Shown: positions 12,801 to 26,067 of the stretch, piece after piece
How the letters are laid out: each line of letters opens with the position of its first letter
Position numbering within the stretch: position 1 is the stretch's first letter
Source of the DNA: Ramazzottius varieornatus
Lineage: Eukaryota > Animalia > Tardigrada
Length of the DNA: 64,000 bases
Direction: 5' to 3'
NCBI GenBank assembly: GCA_001949185.1
Contig: BDGG01000011.1
Location: forward strand, 889,552 to 953,551
The notes under the pieces: model-generated
What the model was told of the DNA's origin: nothing
The model's database searches: none
What the model saw: the letters and a program-made list of their open reading frames with translations, nothing else
Made by a program: the position numbers and the translations under genes

Positions 12801-14698
12801 GCCATGCTTGATCGGTTGATGCAAGGCTTGTACGACAAAGATCTTCTTCATTGTGTCAACGTCATTCTGGTCTCGGACCACGGTATGCAGACCCACTTGT
12901 GCAATGAGACAGTAGGCGTGGGACCTTTATTCGACAAAGATCCAATATTGCAAGCGGCTGGATTCAAAAGCGCGAACTACGATCTGAATACTGTAAGACA
13001 CCAACAGTATATTGATATAGCGAGCTACAATTGATGCCGTATTGTTAGGGCGCCTTCGGCAGAATATCGATCAAGAATACCAACGCGACAATCGACGATG
13101 TCTTCAACGCTCTGAAATGTCCAGCACCAACCGATAACACCACCTATTATCCGAAATTCCAGCCCTACAAGAAGGAGAATCAACCGCGTCGCTTCCACTA
13201 CTTCAGCGAACGATCTGAGCCCATCATCCTAAGTGTAGAACCCGGCTATGTTGTGTACAGACAGCCATCTACATCGAGCTCGTGCAACAAAGGCTACCAT
13301 GGTTATGATAACATGGTCGAGAGCATGCAGGCCATTTTCCTGGCACTTGGGCCGTCGCTAAAGTCTTCAGCAGTTGTTGCTCCATTCGCTAATGTGGACG
13401 TGTACAATCTGATGTGCGATCTGATTGATGTGACGCCAGCCGCAAACAACGGCACGTATGGGAGTTTACACCATCTACTGGACCAACTGAAGAACCTGAC
13501 GGTGGAAAGTTTGCCTCAAGGAAGCAGGCCACCATTTGCCAGTTCTCTAGACGAGCTGCATCAGAGGCAGGACACCTTATGTGCGGCGCAGTGTGAATTG
13601 GCGGATCTGGATAATGCTGATCTGAGGTTGAATATTACGGATGTGGAAGAGGTACGAAGAAGGTCTGCACCCTATGGTATACCACAAGGACCGAGAGATC
13701 GACAGTCGGTCAACGTCTTGTACAGTCGCGATCATATACTTGGCTACAGCTCGGAAACCAATTCGACGCTTTGGGCGGCTTTTTCGTGGAACACAGGGGT
13801 ACGATACCGATCCTTTTACGTTGATTTTACACACAGCGCCATTGGGTAACTTTTTTTTTCTGTACGTAGGTTGATGCCGGTAGCGAGTTGATATCCGATG
13901 TAACGTGTCTCCGCAGTGACGTCAGATTGTCGTTACCTGGGTCAAATTGCGCAGACTTCCCACCTAAGAATGCCGAAAACACTCTGACAACGGCTCACCT
14001 TTATCCTCCAAGTACATCCAGCAAGCTCCATCTCATTCTTCGCGCATACAATTTGAAGCGGGTTCGTGTAATTTACCTACCGCTGTTTCTGTTTAGTTTT
14101 GTCGCTATCGGCCGACCAAACGGATGCGCTGGTGATCACGAACGTAGTACCAATGTACAAGATCTTCAAGGCTGGAATATGGACAGCTTTCTGGCATGTT
14201 TTGAACAGTTGGAACCTTATGGGATGGAACATGAATGTTATTGTCGGACCTGTTTTTGACGAAGTCAAACCGTATGGCCTTGCAGATCCCGCAGAAAATA
14301 TCACGTAAACAGCGTAGTTACTACACGTACATGTACACCGATACTGGAGCTGAAAATTTGCTGTAGATATGCTAGTTTCTTTCCTCAGGACCCATGTCGA
14401 CTTTCCGAGTTTACGGATCCCGTCACACTTCTTTGCTGTGGTTACGGCGCGGGACTCGAGCGCCGCCTGCGTGGATGGTCTTTGCCCGTCTGATGTTTTG
14501 GCCTTTGTGCTACCCCACGATCGAGAAGAACGGATGGAGTGTCAAAGTGACATGCACTACTTTCTAACCAACACGGCCCCTGTTACAGACGTTGAGCACC
14601 TCACTGGTTTACGGTTTTTCTCTGACGTTCACTTAAATCAATCGTTAAGATTACGAACGTCTCTTCCAACTGCACTCTGGAATGCGAATGAAGTATGA
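9870..14698 (+). CDS. ENPP: Ectonucleotide pyrophosphatase/phosphodiesterase (ENPP1/3-like type II membrane protein with C-terminal nuclease-like domain)
   Basis: Exon 1 MVTTTK...PAK|gt. [26 protein letters not shown], then a Ser/Thr stalk. Catalytic motifs [57 protein letters not shown]. Nuclease-like [30 protein letters not shown]. Start codon inferred. Confidence 0.93.
11424..11838. mobile_element. Foldback/MITE in an ENPP intron (about 147 bp inverted arms, assembly gap in the loop)
   Basis: 11424-11570 is a near-exact reverse complement of 11691-11838; Ns at 11641-11690. Confidence 0.8.
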
Positions 14699-15350
14699 CC
14701 GTGGTATGATGTACATTGTTCGTTCTTCCAAATTCGCATGCAACTACTGTTTACAACACGTATTATGAAGTTAGTTATTTCCAGCGTTTCACCAAGAACA
14801 ATTGACGCGCTCAAAAACCACATAAAATAGGAAACACGGAGTAATAACTACTCTTGGAATGTGTCTCTCTGATCAGAGTAATCAAGTAATCCACTCGGAA
14901 GTCTCCGGCTGCTTGGACATGACGGGCAGTATAGTCCAGCCGAGCGAATCGGAAACTACAAAAGTTATCAAGTCAATTTCGCTGGCCAACATGACACATT
15001 GAACTATATTACTAGACGATTTAGAATTCGAGGTTGTCGAACCCTTTCTGAAGAATAACCTCGCCTTAACGAAGTGATCGTTCTTGCAGAATACAGCGGC
15101 GGCCCTTGGTATGCGAAAGGAGGACTCTGTAAGGCTGATGGTGCTGTAATCACACAGTAGTAGTGTGACATGCAATTGATCTACCTATCTTTCTAGGTTA
15201 ATTTGTTTCTGTATGAAATGGTGTCGTTGGAAGGTCCGTTCTCCGAGACCTTCGACTTCAACAATACGGTAAGAGCTGGACGAGGTCTCGAAATCCCATC
15301 CTCATTGGTGTCACGTTTCCATTTCTTTCTTGCAGGACGAGACTGATCTA

Positions 15351-16514
15351 CAGTCCGGTCGCTCGAGAAGTGGACACCATTTTTCGATTTCAAAATTGCA
15401 AAATTGCGGAAAACACAAGAGTGCTCACCATGAGCACTTTTGATTTATTGTTCGTTAGTTCATTCACGCAACAGAAGCAGCCTGTTGCTCACGCTTTTTT
15501 TCTCTGCTAAAAGTTCCGAACATTCTCCTGCTTATCGCACCGCATCTTTATCAAACGAGCATTGGAGATTCAGCCAGACATTTTAAGATTGAGGATCCGT
15601 TCGACAGACAGAGGTTCAATGGAGTATATCTTGCGTATAATCATCGAACAACGAAAGGCACTTCCGGTGGAGCCTTGCAACCGACAGATCCCTGTATCTA
15701 GCAAACGGGACTCGCTTACCACAGAAGTGGCCTGTTTCTCATCCTACTATCGAACTCGATGTTGTCGGTGAAGGAAGAACACGCTATAGGCATACATTGG
15801 GTGAAAAGCGGAGGATACTGGAGCTCTACCCTTCGCGGATATCAGTCATGTTTTGCTGCAGTGCGTCTGGCGAAACGCTCCTTCCTCTCATCATTGGCCG
15901 ATCCAAGAAGCCGCATGCCTTTACTAAGGCAAAACTGGACTTCAAAAAAGCGGGCTGTACCTGGGCGAGCAACAAAAAGGCCTGGATAACGGGGGTGTCT
16001 TTGCTCTCTGGCTAACAGAACTCAACGAGAAAATGAAAAAACATATTCGTAAGATTCTGCTTTGGCTGGACAACGCATCGGGTCATAAGGTCGACAGTCT
16101 ATCCCACGTGAAGCTCGTTTTCTTGCTTCCGAAACAGAGTAGCAGAATTCAACCGCTTGATCAAGGAATAATCAAAGCCTTTCAGGCACGCGAAAGCGCT
16201 GAGAAGGCCGAGCATCGCCGAGCAAACAGAAAGAACTTTCAAAACCTCGGCCTTGAAGTCCCTTACGGCCTTGCATTCGGTTAAGTGGATTATGAAGGGA
16301 TGGTCAGATGTTGACGGCTCGACTACACGAAATTGCTTTCGAAAATCTGGCGCTTTTCACATGGTGGAAAAGAAGTGTTGATTTTCTTTCGTATTGATTG
16401 TTAGCGGACTCTTGACGTCACCCTCTTCTGTTTCTGGCAAGCTGTACGGTAAATGTTTGACTGGTAAAGAATAAAAGTGGAAGAAGGATGTCTACTTCTC
16501 GAACGACCGGACTG
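15351..16514 (+). mobile_element. Internally deleted pogo/Tigger DNA transposon with frameshifted DDE transposase
   Basis: 26 bp TIRs CAGTCCGGTCGYTCGAGAAGTRGACA (24/26 match). TA duplication at 15349-50 and 16515-16. Remnant peptides RISVMFCCSASGE, PLIIGRSKKP, NKKAWIT, ILLWLDNASGH, IQPLDQGIIKAF. Confidence 0.92.
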
Positions 16515-17082
16515 TACTCAAAAAATTTATCGTCATCCGTTCGCCACTATTTCCGTGGCAGAGATTACTCCCCAAACTCTACCTTAGTCAGGACAAAAAG
16601 AGAAACATGTACCGCAAGCCAGTGGCGCATTCAGAATTGGTAGGACGGTGTGATCCACACTCGTTGTCTTACTGGAGGCCACCTAACACCTCTGTTCTTA
16701 CAGTACAATGAGTTTATAGTACAGTGTTACGAAGCTGTGCAGACAGTAGCTAGCGTAGGTTGAATCAACCAATACATCGTTATTTCGCGACATGCTTTCA
16801 TTCGGACATCTTCATCCTGGCTTCTGGCATCCTAGGTTCTTAGCCATACGTGCAACACATCTAACATTCGCCATTGCCTTAGCAGTCGGTATCTTGCCAC
16901 AAAGTTCTTTGTGCCTTTCATACACCCACGCGCCTCTTCAGTATTGGCATTAACGGAATTCGCGAAGTTGAGGCCCACATACAAATGTTCAATTACCATG
17001 TTCTCGATTTCGAGGTGAGTTCTCAGACGTTGGTTCACATTCGAGCAGCGAAGTTACAAACTGAAGCACTCATTTCAAGTTT

Positions 17083-17404
17083 GCTACAACCTACAGACCG
17101 TCATGACGTATGATACAGCCAGTCGGCGCCTTCAACAAGTGGAAAACACCACAATCACCTGGCAGTTCGGGAATGTTCCACCTCGGGATCGGCCTCTTTG
17201 CGGGACACTTAAAGAACTACCGTATGCCAGCAGAAGCCAAACTTTATCGCAGCACTAGCGGCGGTCGCTGTTGTCGTCATTTCGATCTTGAGGTGAGGGC
17301 GGAAGGGTAGGACCGGTGGGATTATACAGGAACATTAAGCAAACAGTGCTGGCTAGCTTCTATGATTTCAGCGGTTTTCTGAGATGGTACAAAGGTGCCT
17401 CATG
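17083..17404 (+). pseudogene. Orphan juxtamembrane/TM fragment of a receptor guanylyl cyclase or natriuretic-peptide-receptor-like gene
   Basis: Reads ...QQVENTTITWQFGNVPPRDRPLCGTLKEL, then frameshift to CQQKPNFIAALAAVAVVVISIL|intron|SGFLRWYK. The I-x-W...PP-x-D-x-P-x-CG motif before a TM is typical of receptor cyclases. Confidence 0.55.
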
Positions 17405-18846
17405 AACCAGCGGGTCCTGTACCGATCCTGTTCACGTCCCGAACGACCTACCACCAGAGACAGAACGACGCGTCACCAGACAGGCGCACAGGCGCAGCCT
17501 GCTTGCGCTGGTGATACTGCGCAGTTCCTGGGTGGGCGGAGCATACTACTGACGCATCGCGTTTCAAAAAGCGCCATGGCGGCGAGGGGCCGAACAGAAA
17601 AAACTGAGATCTCAGTGAAAATATTCGTTGAGCTTGTTCGGCCATTTCGGTAGCATCAGTGTATGGGAAACGTTTCATCGTTCCCGATAACCGTTCTCGT
17701 CAACCACATACGCGGTTCGTTCTCGAGTAAACGGCTGCAAGAGAACGTTCCGAATGACCCATTTCAACAAGAGTGAGGCTGTAAAGTTATGTCAGATACC
17801 TCTAGCAAAATTCGACAGCTGGCCGCCAGGCTGCCGGCCTGTCCCAAACGACTGCGGACTTGTCCGAACGTGTTTCGACGGAAGCATACCATATAGAATC
17901 AGAGAAAAGAAACGGATTGGAAGCGAAGCGGATGGCATCGCGATCGAAAACGGAACGGACTGCGAACGAGCGAAAGCGAGAAGGGACTGGGAACGGTTGC
18001 GCACCTGGATCTTGAAACGACCTGCGGAATACAGCTCACGGAGTCGTTCCCACTCCGTTCCCTCGTCTTTCCTTGACCTGGTCTTTCTTTCTTGGGTGTA
18101 CAGGATGTCAACGCAAGCAGGTGGATAATTGACCCTTCAGAGTTGGGCATGTTTCATGGGCGGAGACGAAGCTCTGTAGCATTCGAGATCAAAACGCATA
18201 CCCAACGCACTCGACTCCGAGCGTTGTTAGTCAGCGCCATTTTCTCGGAAGACTGGGAATACATGCCAGTAAGCGAAGAAACAAGTCTAACTCCCACCCT
18301 TTCTTCGAAACTGAAAAGAAAGCACCGCAACTTCGTGCGGTGAAATCTGAACCGGCATCAGTAAGCAGTCTCACCGGGCAGTTGGAATCGACGAGTAGCG
18401 CGTAAACGCAGTATGACAATTTTATCGTCTGTTTTTCCCAATACTGTACGCGTACGTATGCTTCGGGGTTTTTCCTCTTCAGCAAATTTATGACTAGTCT
18501 TGCTCGAAGTAGTATTACTGACACATGACGCCCTGAAACCTCTGTACTCTGATCCATCCTCACTCAAAGCATGGGAGACACTTGATAACCTTATCAGATC
18601 GGGTCTGTGCCGGAGTCAAAAAGTATAACAAGGGAACTTTCATGCTTCCATGTAGTTAATTCCATATACTGTAGTTTCATGCTCCTTAGTCATTCTTATC
18701 ACTATCTTAGTCACCGTGATGAGCCCATCCGAGTCATCAAGACTGTCTGGACATAAATGATACCGTAGTTTTGTTCTCGTTACGGGACCCAGTGATACTA
18801 AAGTTACCCAGGCTGAGCTCGATTTTATTTTTATCATCTCCAGTGA

Positions 18847-20919
18847 ATGCAGAATATCACCATGCTGGACCGGCTGATTTTGTACTTGGTGGGACTGTCC
18901 CTAATCGCTTCCTGCCGGTGCATCTTACTGCGTACCAAGCCTGCGCAAAATCAGGATGTCGGAGCCATGTTGAGCTACACGCCGGATCCAGAAACGGCCA
19001 TGAATGCGGTAAGGTAAAGCCCCGAGTTGAAGATCGCTCCAAGTCCTTCCGGTTATGCACCTTGATCACGACATCTCACATCTTACCGAGTTTGCTCTTG
19101 CAGACAGAAATTATTCGGTATCATGGATATCCGGCTGAAGAATATCAGATTAGCGTAAGAGAAAAACTCAAGAGTGCGAATTTATCCCGACTAATTCTGG
19201 GAATGCGAAAGAATCTGTTTCTTGCAATCATCTTTCGGCTTTAGACAGAGGACGGTTACCTCATTTACATCCAACGCATTCCGCATGGCATCAAAAATAC
19301 AACGCTGCAAGAGAGTGGTCCCCGACCAGTGGTCATCCTGCAGCATGGTACACAACAATACATCGATGACTCTCAATGTCAAACGATGTCGTCCCATGTC
19401 AAGCTTGTGAAACTACCGTATTTACGGTACCCACGTCTAAGATTTTGACTACAACTAAGTGCAAGGATTTCTCTAGGGCTTCTATGCAGCAGTACCAACT
19501 GGATAACGAACCTTCCCGACGAAAGCCTTGGTAAACATTTCGTACTGTGCGCATTTATCTCTTCTAGCCGCTGGACTGATCCGGATCGAACGTGAAGGTG
19601 TTTGCGCTACGATTAATTTGGTTTCGTCTCCTTCAGGTTTCATTTTGGCCGATGCGGGATATGATGTTTGGTTAGGCAATATGCGTGGAAATTTCTACGG
19701 TCTGAACCACAAAACACTCCACGTGAAGTCGAAAGAATTTTGGGACTTCAGGTCATCCCTGATCATCCCTTGCCATATATTCCTTCTTCGCGATTGGCCC
19801 GAATTCTCATTTGAATTTTCAGCTTCGACGAAATGGCCGAGTACGACATTCCCGCCATCATCAACAAGGCTCTCGAGATAAGCAACCAGACGCAAGTGTC
19901 GTATATCGGTCACAGCCAAGGGACCCTCGTCGGTTTCGCCAAATTCTCTTCCGATGCCGAGTTGGCTAAAAAGATCAAGGTCTTCGTTGCGATGGGACCT
20001 GTCGCCTTTGTCAACAACATGAAGAGCCCACCGTTGCGTCTGCTTGCTCCGTTTTCCCGCGAGCTAGCTGTGAGTTTGGTTTCGTGCTGTCGAATCGGAT
20101 TAAAGCTACGTATTATGTCTTTCTGTTCTGCCTACAGTTTCTTTTCCGAGTCTTCGGATACCGGGATTTCCTTCCGGATTACGACTTGATCAAATATTTG
20201 GGACGAACCTTCTGCACCTTGCAGCCTGTTCCGGTCAAGATTTGTGAGAATATCCTGTTTTTGATCGGTGGCTACGATTATGCCCAGATGAATGCGGTAA
20301 GTGAAATGTGAACAGAATCCAGTTACTGTTAGTGGGGAACAGTTGAAAGTATACTGGAAGATGCGGGCAACAAACGCAGACACGCCTGGATGTCTACATA
20401 GCGCACAATCCAGCCGGGACTTCAAGCCAAAATATTTTCCACTTCGCTCAACTCGTACACAGTGGAAAGTATGAAGAACTTTCCTTTTCGCGGCCGCATA
20501 CTCGTCCACGAAGCCCTACGTCATTTTGCGTGCAGGTGTCAGAAGTTTGACTTTGGCTCCGAGAAAGAAAACTTAAAGCATTATGGTAGCAAACAACCTC
20601 CGGAATATCCAGTGGCAGATCTCAAAGTCCCGACCGCGCTGATCTACTCCGACAACGACTGGCTTGCCACTCCCAAAGACGTATTACGTATCGGTTTCCC
20701 ACATCACGCCACTAAAACTCATGGTTAAGAAGCTTATGAAATTTATTCGCTTTAGGGCTACGAGAGGAATTGAACGGTGAAGTCGATCTGTACCGTGTTC
20801 CGTATCCGAAGTGGAACCATCTAGACTATATTTGGGGTATTGATGCCAACATGTACGTGTATCCTGAAGTGCTGCGTGTTCTCAAAACGCACAATAAGGT
20901 GATGGGATATATTGTCTAA
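18847..20919 (+). CDS. LIPA: Lysosomal acid lipase / gastric lipase family protein
   Basis: Signal peptide; PDPETAMNA|[43 protein letters not shown]. Catalytic triad GHSQG (Ser), DNDWLA (Asp), WNHLDYIWG (His). Stop at 20917-20919. Confidence 0.93.
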
Positions 20920-21357
20920 TCTTCAGTCGGTCTTGTGATGTCGTCTGATGACAACAGAAGTCCCTAGTCTCACCAGTGGCACGTAGATAAGGCTCGGCGA
21001 AGAGAAAATAATACTTTTTGTCGTTTTTCGCCGTGGCGAAAATTATCTTTCGCAGCGGCGAAGGCATCTTCGATCAACCAATCAGTCTGACACGCAATGT
21101 TTTTTTTCCAGAATTAATTAGTTCTCGTTTATTCGATTCATCTGTGTATCTTGCAACTTCACTGTTCCCTCTTACTTCAATCACTACTCCAGAAATGTCC
21201 TCTTGTGGAATCGTTCCACTTCATTGTGCTATCTTCAGTTCCTCCTGCTTTCTGGTCGGGATCCGACTGAAAAGTCCATTCGGAATGCAGCCGGAGAAGC
21301 CACGCATTAGCGGAGCGATCGTTCATTCCTTTACGGTTTTCAGGCTGAATTTGGCGA

Positions 21358-21808
21358 TATATGGGTTTCGGCAGCCGAATTCCGTTGATACACCTGACTG
21401 TATCAAAGTTGAACTACTGATGCAGTCAGGTGTAACAGACATCGAGGAAAACGATGCGGGAGCTCATTCGGCCTTTAAACCAGTGGTCAAGTGGCTACGT
21501 CAGAAAAATCTGAGGAGGCTCGAAATGTTGAGTGAAAATTTTTTACGTCACGGCGACATCCTACAGCGTGAGGATGCGGTCGCACCTTCTCGAACCCCTC
21601 AAGTGGGGCTATCTCTGCTGGTAATCACCCCAGAATTTTCGGGAAACTCTTCTCAAAAGGCGAACAGTTTTTTGAGACTTCGAGCCACGGCGAGGTACGG
21701 CAAACTGACCACGCAATGACCTTGGATATTCGCAGCAACTTGATGTCAGAAAAGGGTAGTCCGGAAGCAAAAAAATCATTACGGTATTCGGCCGCCGAAA
21801 CCCATATG
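21358..21808. mobile_element. MITE, about 450 bp, with about 28 bp TIRs
   Basis: tatatgggtttcggcagccgaattccgt (from 21358) is inverted to acggtattcggccgccgaaacccatatg (to 21808). The right half is homologous to 41887-42053. Confidence 0.7.
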
Positions 21809-22842
21809 TACAGGGCGCTCGCATCAACTTTCTACCACCCATGAGAGCATGGCTGTTTCGACTGGATCATCGACTGTCAAACTAGTTTTTCCTGGTCTGA
21901 CATCCTGTTTGTAACCTCGTAAAAAAATGCCGACCAGAAATCTTTTCAGGAGGAGTCGTAACCGACATTAAGCTGGAGGCAGTTTTTGGGGTCGTTTTGA
22001 GAAACCAGTTTTCCAGTTTTCCGTTCACGTTATGCGGCAGTGCGACTCAAAACAATCAGATTACGAGTTGGGTTACTCGAAAAGTGATCAGAACAGGGAA
22101 TCTGCCGATCAGGTTAAAAGCGGGAATTTTTTCATAGAGTAAGGTTTCCCGGAAAAATGGCCGAACTTGCTGTTTAAAATTCATTTGCTGAGTTATCTTG
22201 ATATTCCCGTGGATCTTTTTAATTTTTACGTACAACGAAGACAGTCGTTGGCCGGTTGATAGCAGATGTCGGATTGAAACTCTAACATGGGATCCTGTGT
22301 ACATCAGTTTTGGTCGTTACGATAGGTCTTCCCCACCGGAAGTCACACTAGTCAAATTCTTCAAGCTGCTTATCAATATCATGCAACGGCTCATAGTTCA
22401 ACCGAAACAGCTTCCAAAGTTGTATGGATAGTGTGGAAGAACAGGCGGAAAGGAAGCAATCTGACTTTTCCTCGTGGAAGTAACAGGTGGTAGCAAGTTG
22501 GTGCGAGCGCTCTGTATGTGAGAAGCATTGACAGTAAGTAAAGCATCGATCGGATTACAGTAGATTCCGGTTCCAGGTGCCCGACATTTACTTGAATCTA
22601 TCGCGCTTCAATCTGGCAAGGACGTTTTACAATGCAACCGCCTTTGCAAATGTAAGTTCTCCACGATCAGGAACTGCCCACAAGCCTTACTCGTTGGGCG
22701 GACAATTGGACAGCATGACTGCGCAAAAGGCTTTTCAGTGTACAGTACTCGATAAGTACTGTAAACGTAAATAGAAAAATCTGGAAACATTGTAATTCTA
22801 AATTGAGAACTGCAACGTCTCTACTAGAAAACCAAAATCAGA

Positions 22843-24176
22843 CTAATAGCGTTGTGGCGGTCGTTCCTCCCGTCTTCGCTGAGATCTGTTAGTTTTGGGC
22901 GGCCTTCCCGTGCTATCATATGGCGTTCTTCCGAATGACTTATCGTAGGGATACATGCGGTATCTGGTGCTGGTCGGAGGCTCTGCTGGTGCAGGAGCCG
23001 GTCTCTGTTCTGACGCCTCGAAGAACCGCGCGTCCGTGTCAGGTGGCGCAATGCTCTTCCTTATCTCCCTTGGGTACTTGGGCGTCAAGGTGGCATCCTT
23101 GATTTCACTGACGTACTTCCAGTCACCTCGAGCAAGCTCTCGCTCTGTCCGGCTCTTCTTCGAATACCGTGGAAGTTCGTCGTAGACACTGTACTCGCTC
23201 TGAGCGGTAGTAGGCGCCACTTGCACTGTCTGAAGCGGCAAGGCACGATGATCATCTAAAAAAACGAAAGTTTATTCAGAAGGAACTCGAGTCATAATTT
23301 GACACAGCGAAGGTTTTTTCGAAAATTTCGTGTGCTCAGTGCACTAGAAGACCACCTAATCTACCAGAACAAACATTTGGGGGCTCGCCAAGCAAACTCG
23401 AGGGGATGGTTTCCCCAAGTGGCGCACGCCGCCCGTGCTATAATCTCGAAGCGTGCGCCACTCAGAAAACCATCTTCTCAATCTTTTAACCAAGCTGCCA
23501 AATATGGAAAGCCGTGGCCCACACTGTACTGCCACCTGGCCATTGATAAAATAGTCCGCCTGTCTGTTATGAACCCAGGGTACTTACGAGCTTTGTAAGG
23601 TGACTGGATATCTTTCCGATGTCGATGCTTCCTCCTTTCACTGCGAGGATCCTCTTCGCTTCTTGCCGGTCGATCATAGTACCCATGTCCCCTCTCCCGC
23701 GCAATCTTATCTTCTCTTCTCGTCTTTCGATAATGCCAGAGCAGCACCGCTCCACACAGCAGAAAGATGATCCCGATGACTAATACCACCGGTCCCAACA
23801 CTTTTAGTACTTTGATGGCGTCTATGTCCACATCAGCGTGTGAGTAGGCAATGGCCGTCATGATAATTCCACTGGCCAGATTGATGCAGCCTCCGATAAT
23901 CACACAGATGGCGTAACCGGGTCGATAGGCCGGTCGCAGTCCGATTGTCCATTTGTTGGGCGGGATCTTCTCTTGCAGATGTTGGTTGTGGGAGTTGGTG
24001 TAGGAGTGAATCTTCTGGTCGGTGGACCGAAGGGTGGGGTTGGGCTGGGTGGCAGGATCTGCTGTGCGAATGCGAGCAGTTTCGACCGGCTTTGGAGGGA
24101 AACGAGTGATTGTCGGGTAGTCGCGGGTGCCGACGTGCCGATCGCGACTTCGATGGGTCCCAGATACTTTCGGCAT
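22843..24176 (-). CDS. Uncharacterised two-TM membrane protein with low-complexity tails; 2 coding exons
   Basis: Hydrophobic hairpin YAICVIIGGCINLASGIIMTAIAY / VLGPVVLVIGIIFLLCGAVLLWHY followed by RKTRR. Intron at about 23256-23586 (gtaagt...ttttag) joins in frame to the 22843-23241 ORF. Confidence 0.75.
23379..23478. repeat. Fixed-spacer palindromic element, 1 unit (intron of the 2-TM gene)
   Basis: GTGGCGCA 23419-26, 27 nt spacer, TGCGCCAC 23454-61; shared leader gggggctcgccaagcaaactcg. Confidence 0.9.
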
Positions 24177-25643
24177 TCCAAATCAACGTCAAAACAAGCC
24201 TTCAGATAGGTTTAAAATTTGGAAAGAAGATTTCCGAGTCCAGCAACGCAAATAATCCATTTAATAAAAATACAGCTGAGCTGACGCAAACTAACTGATC
24301 AAAAAAGTCAGATTTCGATCAGTTAACTCAGCGGGGACGTGCGTGGTTAATAAGCTGGCAAAAATGGCGAGTTGTTACGCTTTCTGGAATTTCCCACGGT
24401 TTTTTATCGGATGGATGAATTTGTTCATCAAGGCTGGAAAGTAACTTGGATCGGTAATTTTTTGGTCGAAAGCAAGATTTTCCAAAAGTAGGTTTAGCAA
24501 ACTCATAAAAGCGAAGACGAGAGATGATGGTGGAGCGTGACAAGATGAGCAGTTAATGGAAGTGGAGCAAAGAAGAAGAAGAAGTGAAAGTCGACTGAGT
24601 GACGGCAACTCGTTCACTTGTCGATGGGTCGTCGTAGAGATGGATTCTTGGTCGTTCGAACATTAAAAACTATGTATGGCTCATGCAGGTAAAAGCATAA
24701 AAACGTCACGACGTCAGCGCCGTCGACGTCGAAGAATTGACCATTTATGGCCGGTGTGACGACCGTTAACACCAGACAATAGGCAGTGCCAAGTCGAAGT
24801 AAAGCGCTGGCAAATTAATGCCACGCTACCACAATTATTCCCCATTCAAACAGCTTAGCTGATCCTTGTTACTCATTCTTCATGAAGAGAACTGTAATCC
24901 AGTTTCAAGAAGAGCATGCGAAGAGTTCACCCGTTCATTGAACGACCTAGGTCCAGCCACTGCAATCCATCAGAAGTCCCGCATCCCACGATGGAGGTCC
25001 CACACTTCGGCACCAAAAACTGTGGACCATGGCAGAAGGAAGCAAAGATGAACTGGTAATAATCAACGGACGGAGCGAATGTCAGAGTCTCCTGCCTCCG
25101 ACTTATCAAACAAGAACCGACAAGGTACAGAAGTTATGTTTTTCGCTCTGTGATTTTCTCCACGTGTGCGACCGTCTACCGTGAAATAAATGGGCGTCTT
25201 TTTCGAGACTGCGCTAATGCGTGAAGCGAAGTTACAGTACCTACGGGCTACAGCTGTTCGCGATGAATCCAACTGTACATGTACCAGCGGTTTTTTCTTT
25301 GCGGAGAACACGCGAACTGGCTATACCGAAAGTGCACTCACACGTTTTCGTATGCATACTTGCCACAGAGACAATGCGCCTTGTTCAGGTCTTTTCGATT
25401 GCAGGTGAATGTGACCAAGTGCTTACCATAATTTAGGGTATTGTACAGACCGCGTACCTCATCTCAACTATCTCATGCATGATACATGAACGGGGCAAGA
25501 CACCGACTTGAGCACCGTCAATATGCCGAAAGATGGCTGGTAATTGGTAGTGTGAATGCGACAAATTGCCTGACTCACGAACACGTTTCCTATACTGCAA
25601 GGGCAATTGGATTTTCGTTTCTGAAAAACAGGAAACATAGAAC

Positions 25644-25839
25644 GGGAGCTCGGCAAACAGACTTGACATGACTGTTTCCCAAGCGGCGCGCGATCTCCGT
25701 GTTGATTGCTGAAGGCGTGCACTACTTGGAAAAACTCGACAAGATCGTTTTTCCAGGTGGCGCACGTTTTCAGTGTTATCGGCTGGAAGAGAGCGCCACT
25801 TGGACAAACAATCTCGTCGAGTGTGTTTGCTGGGCTCTT
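25644..25839. repeat. Fixed-spacer palindromic element, 2 units (196 bp; 3' of LARGE)
   Basis: Cores at 25683 and 25757, both with 27 nt spacers; outer arms gggagctcggcaaac...gtttgctgggctctt. Confidence 0.9.
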
Positions 25840-26067
25840 GAATACCAAGAAGTGAACAGTTACTCATAACAAACAAAACGATAAACCTAAAAACATGCCG
25901 AGAAAAAGTGTGTACAAAAATGAGTAAGATTTAAAACTGAAATTCTACAAAAACAGCTGCCACTGTTAAAACTCTGCGAAATATCACAAATTGACACAGT
26001 GAAAAGAAAGTTCCATAGGAAGCTGCTCTATCTAGGAAAACATTTCAACACCTCGCTTTGCTCTGCT

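Noticed and set aside
21018-21719. 233 aa ORF
   Set aside because: Non-ATG start, runs through a MITE, no recognisable domain.
25751-25764. CTCF-site similarity of TTCCAGGTGGCGCA / CCCAAGTGGCGCA
   Set aside because: Only the 3' half (RTGGCGC) matches. The 5' CC and central AG of the CTCF consensus are missing in most copies, so it cannot be called without a PWM scan or ChIP data.
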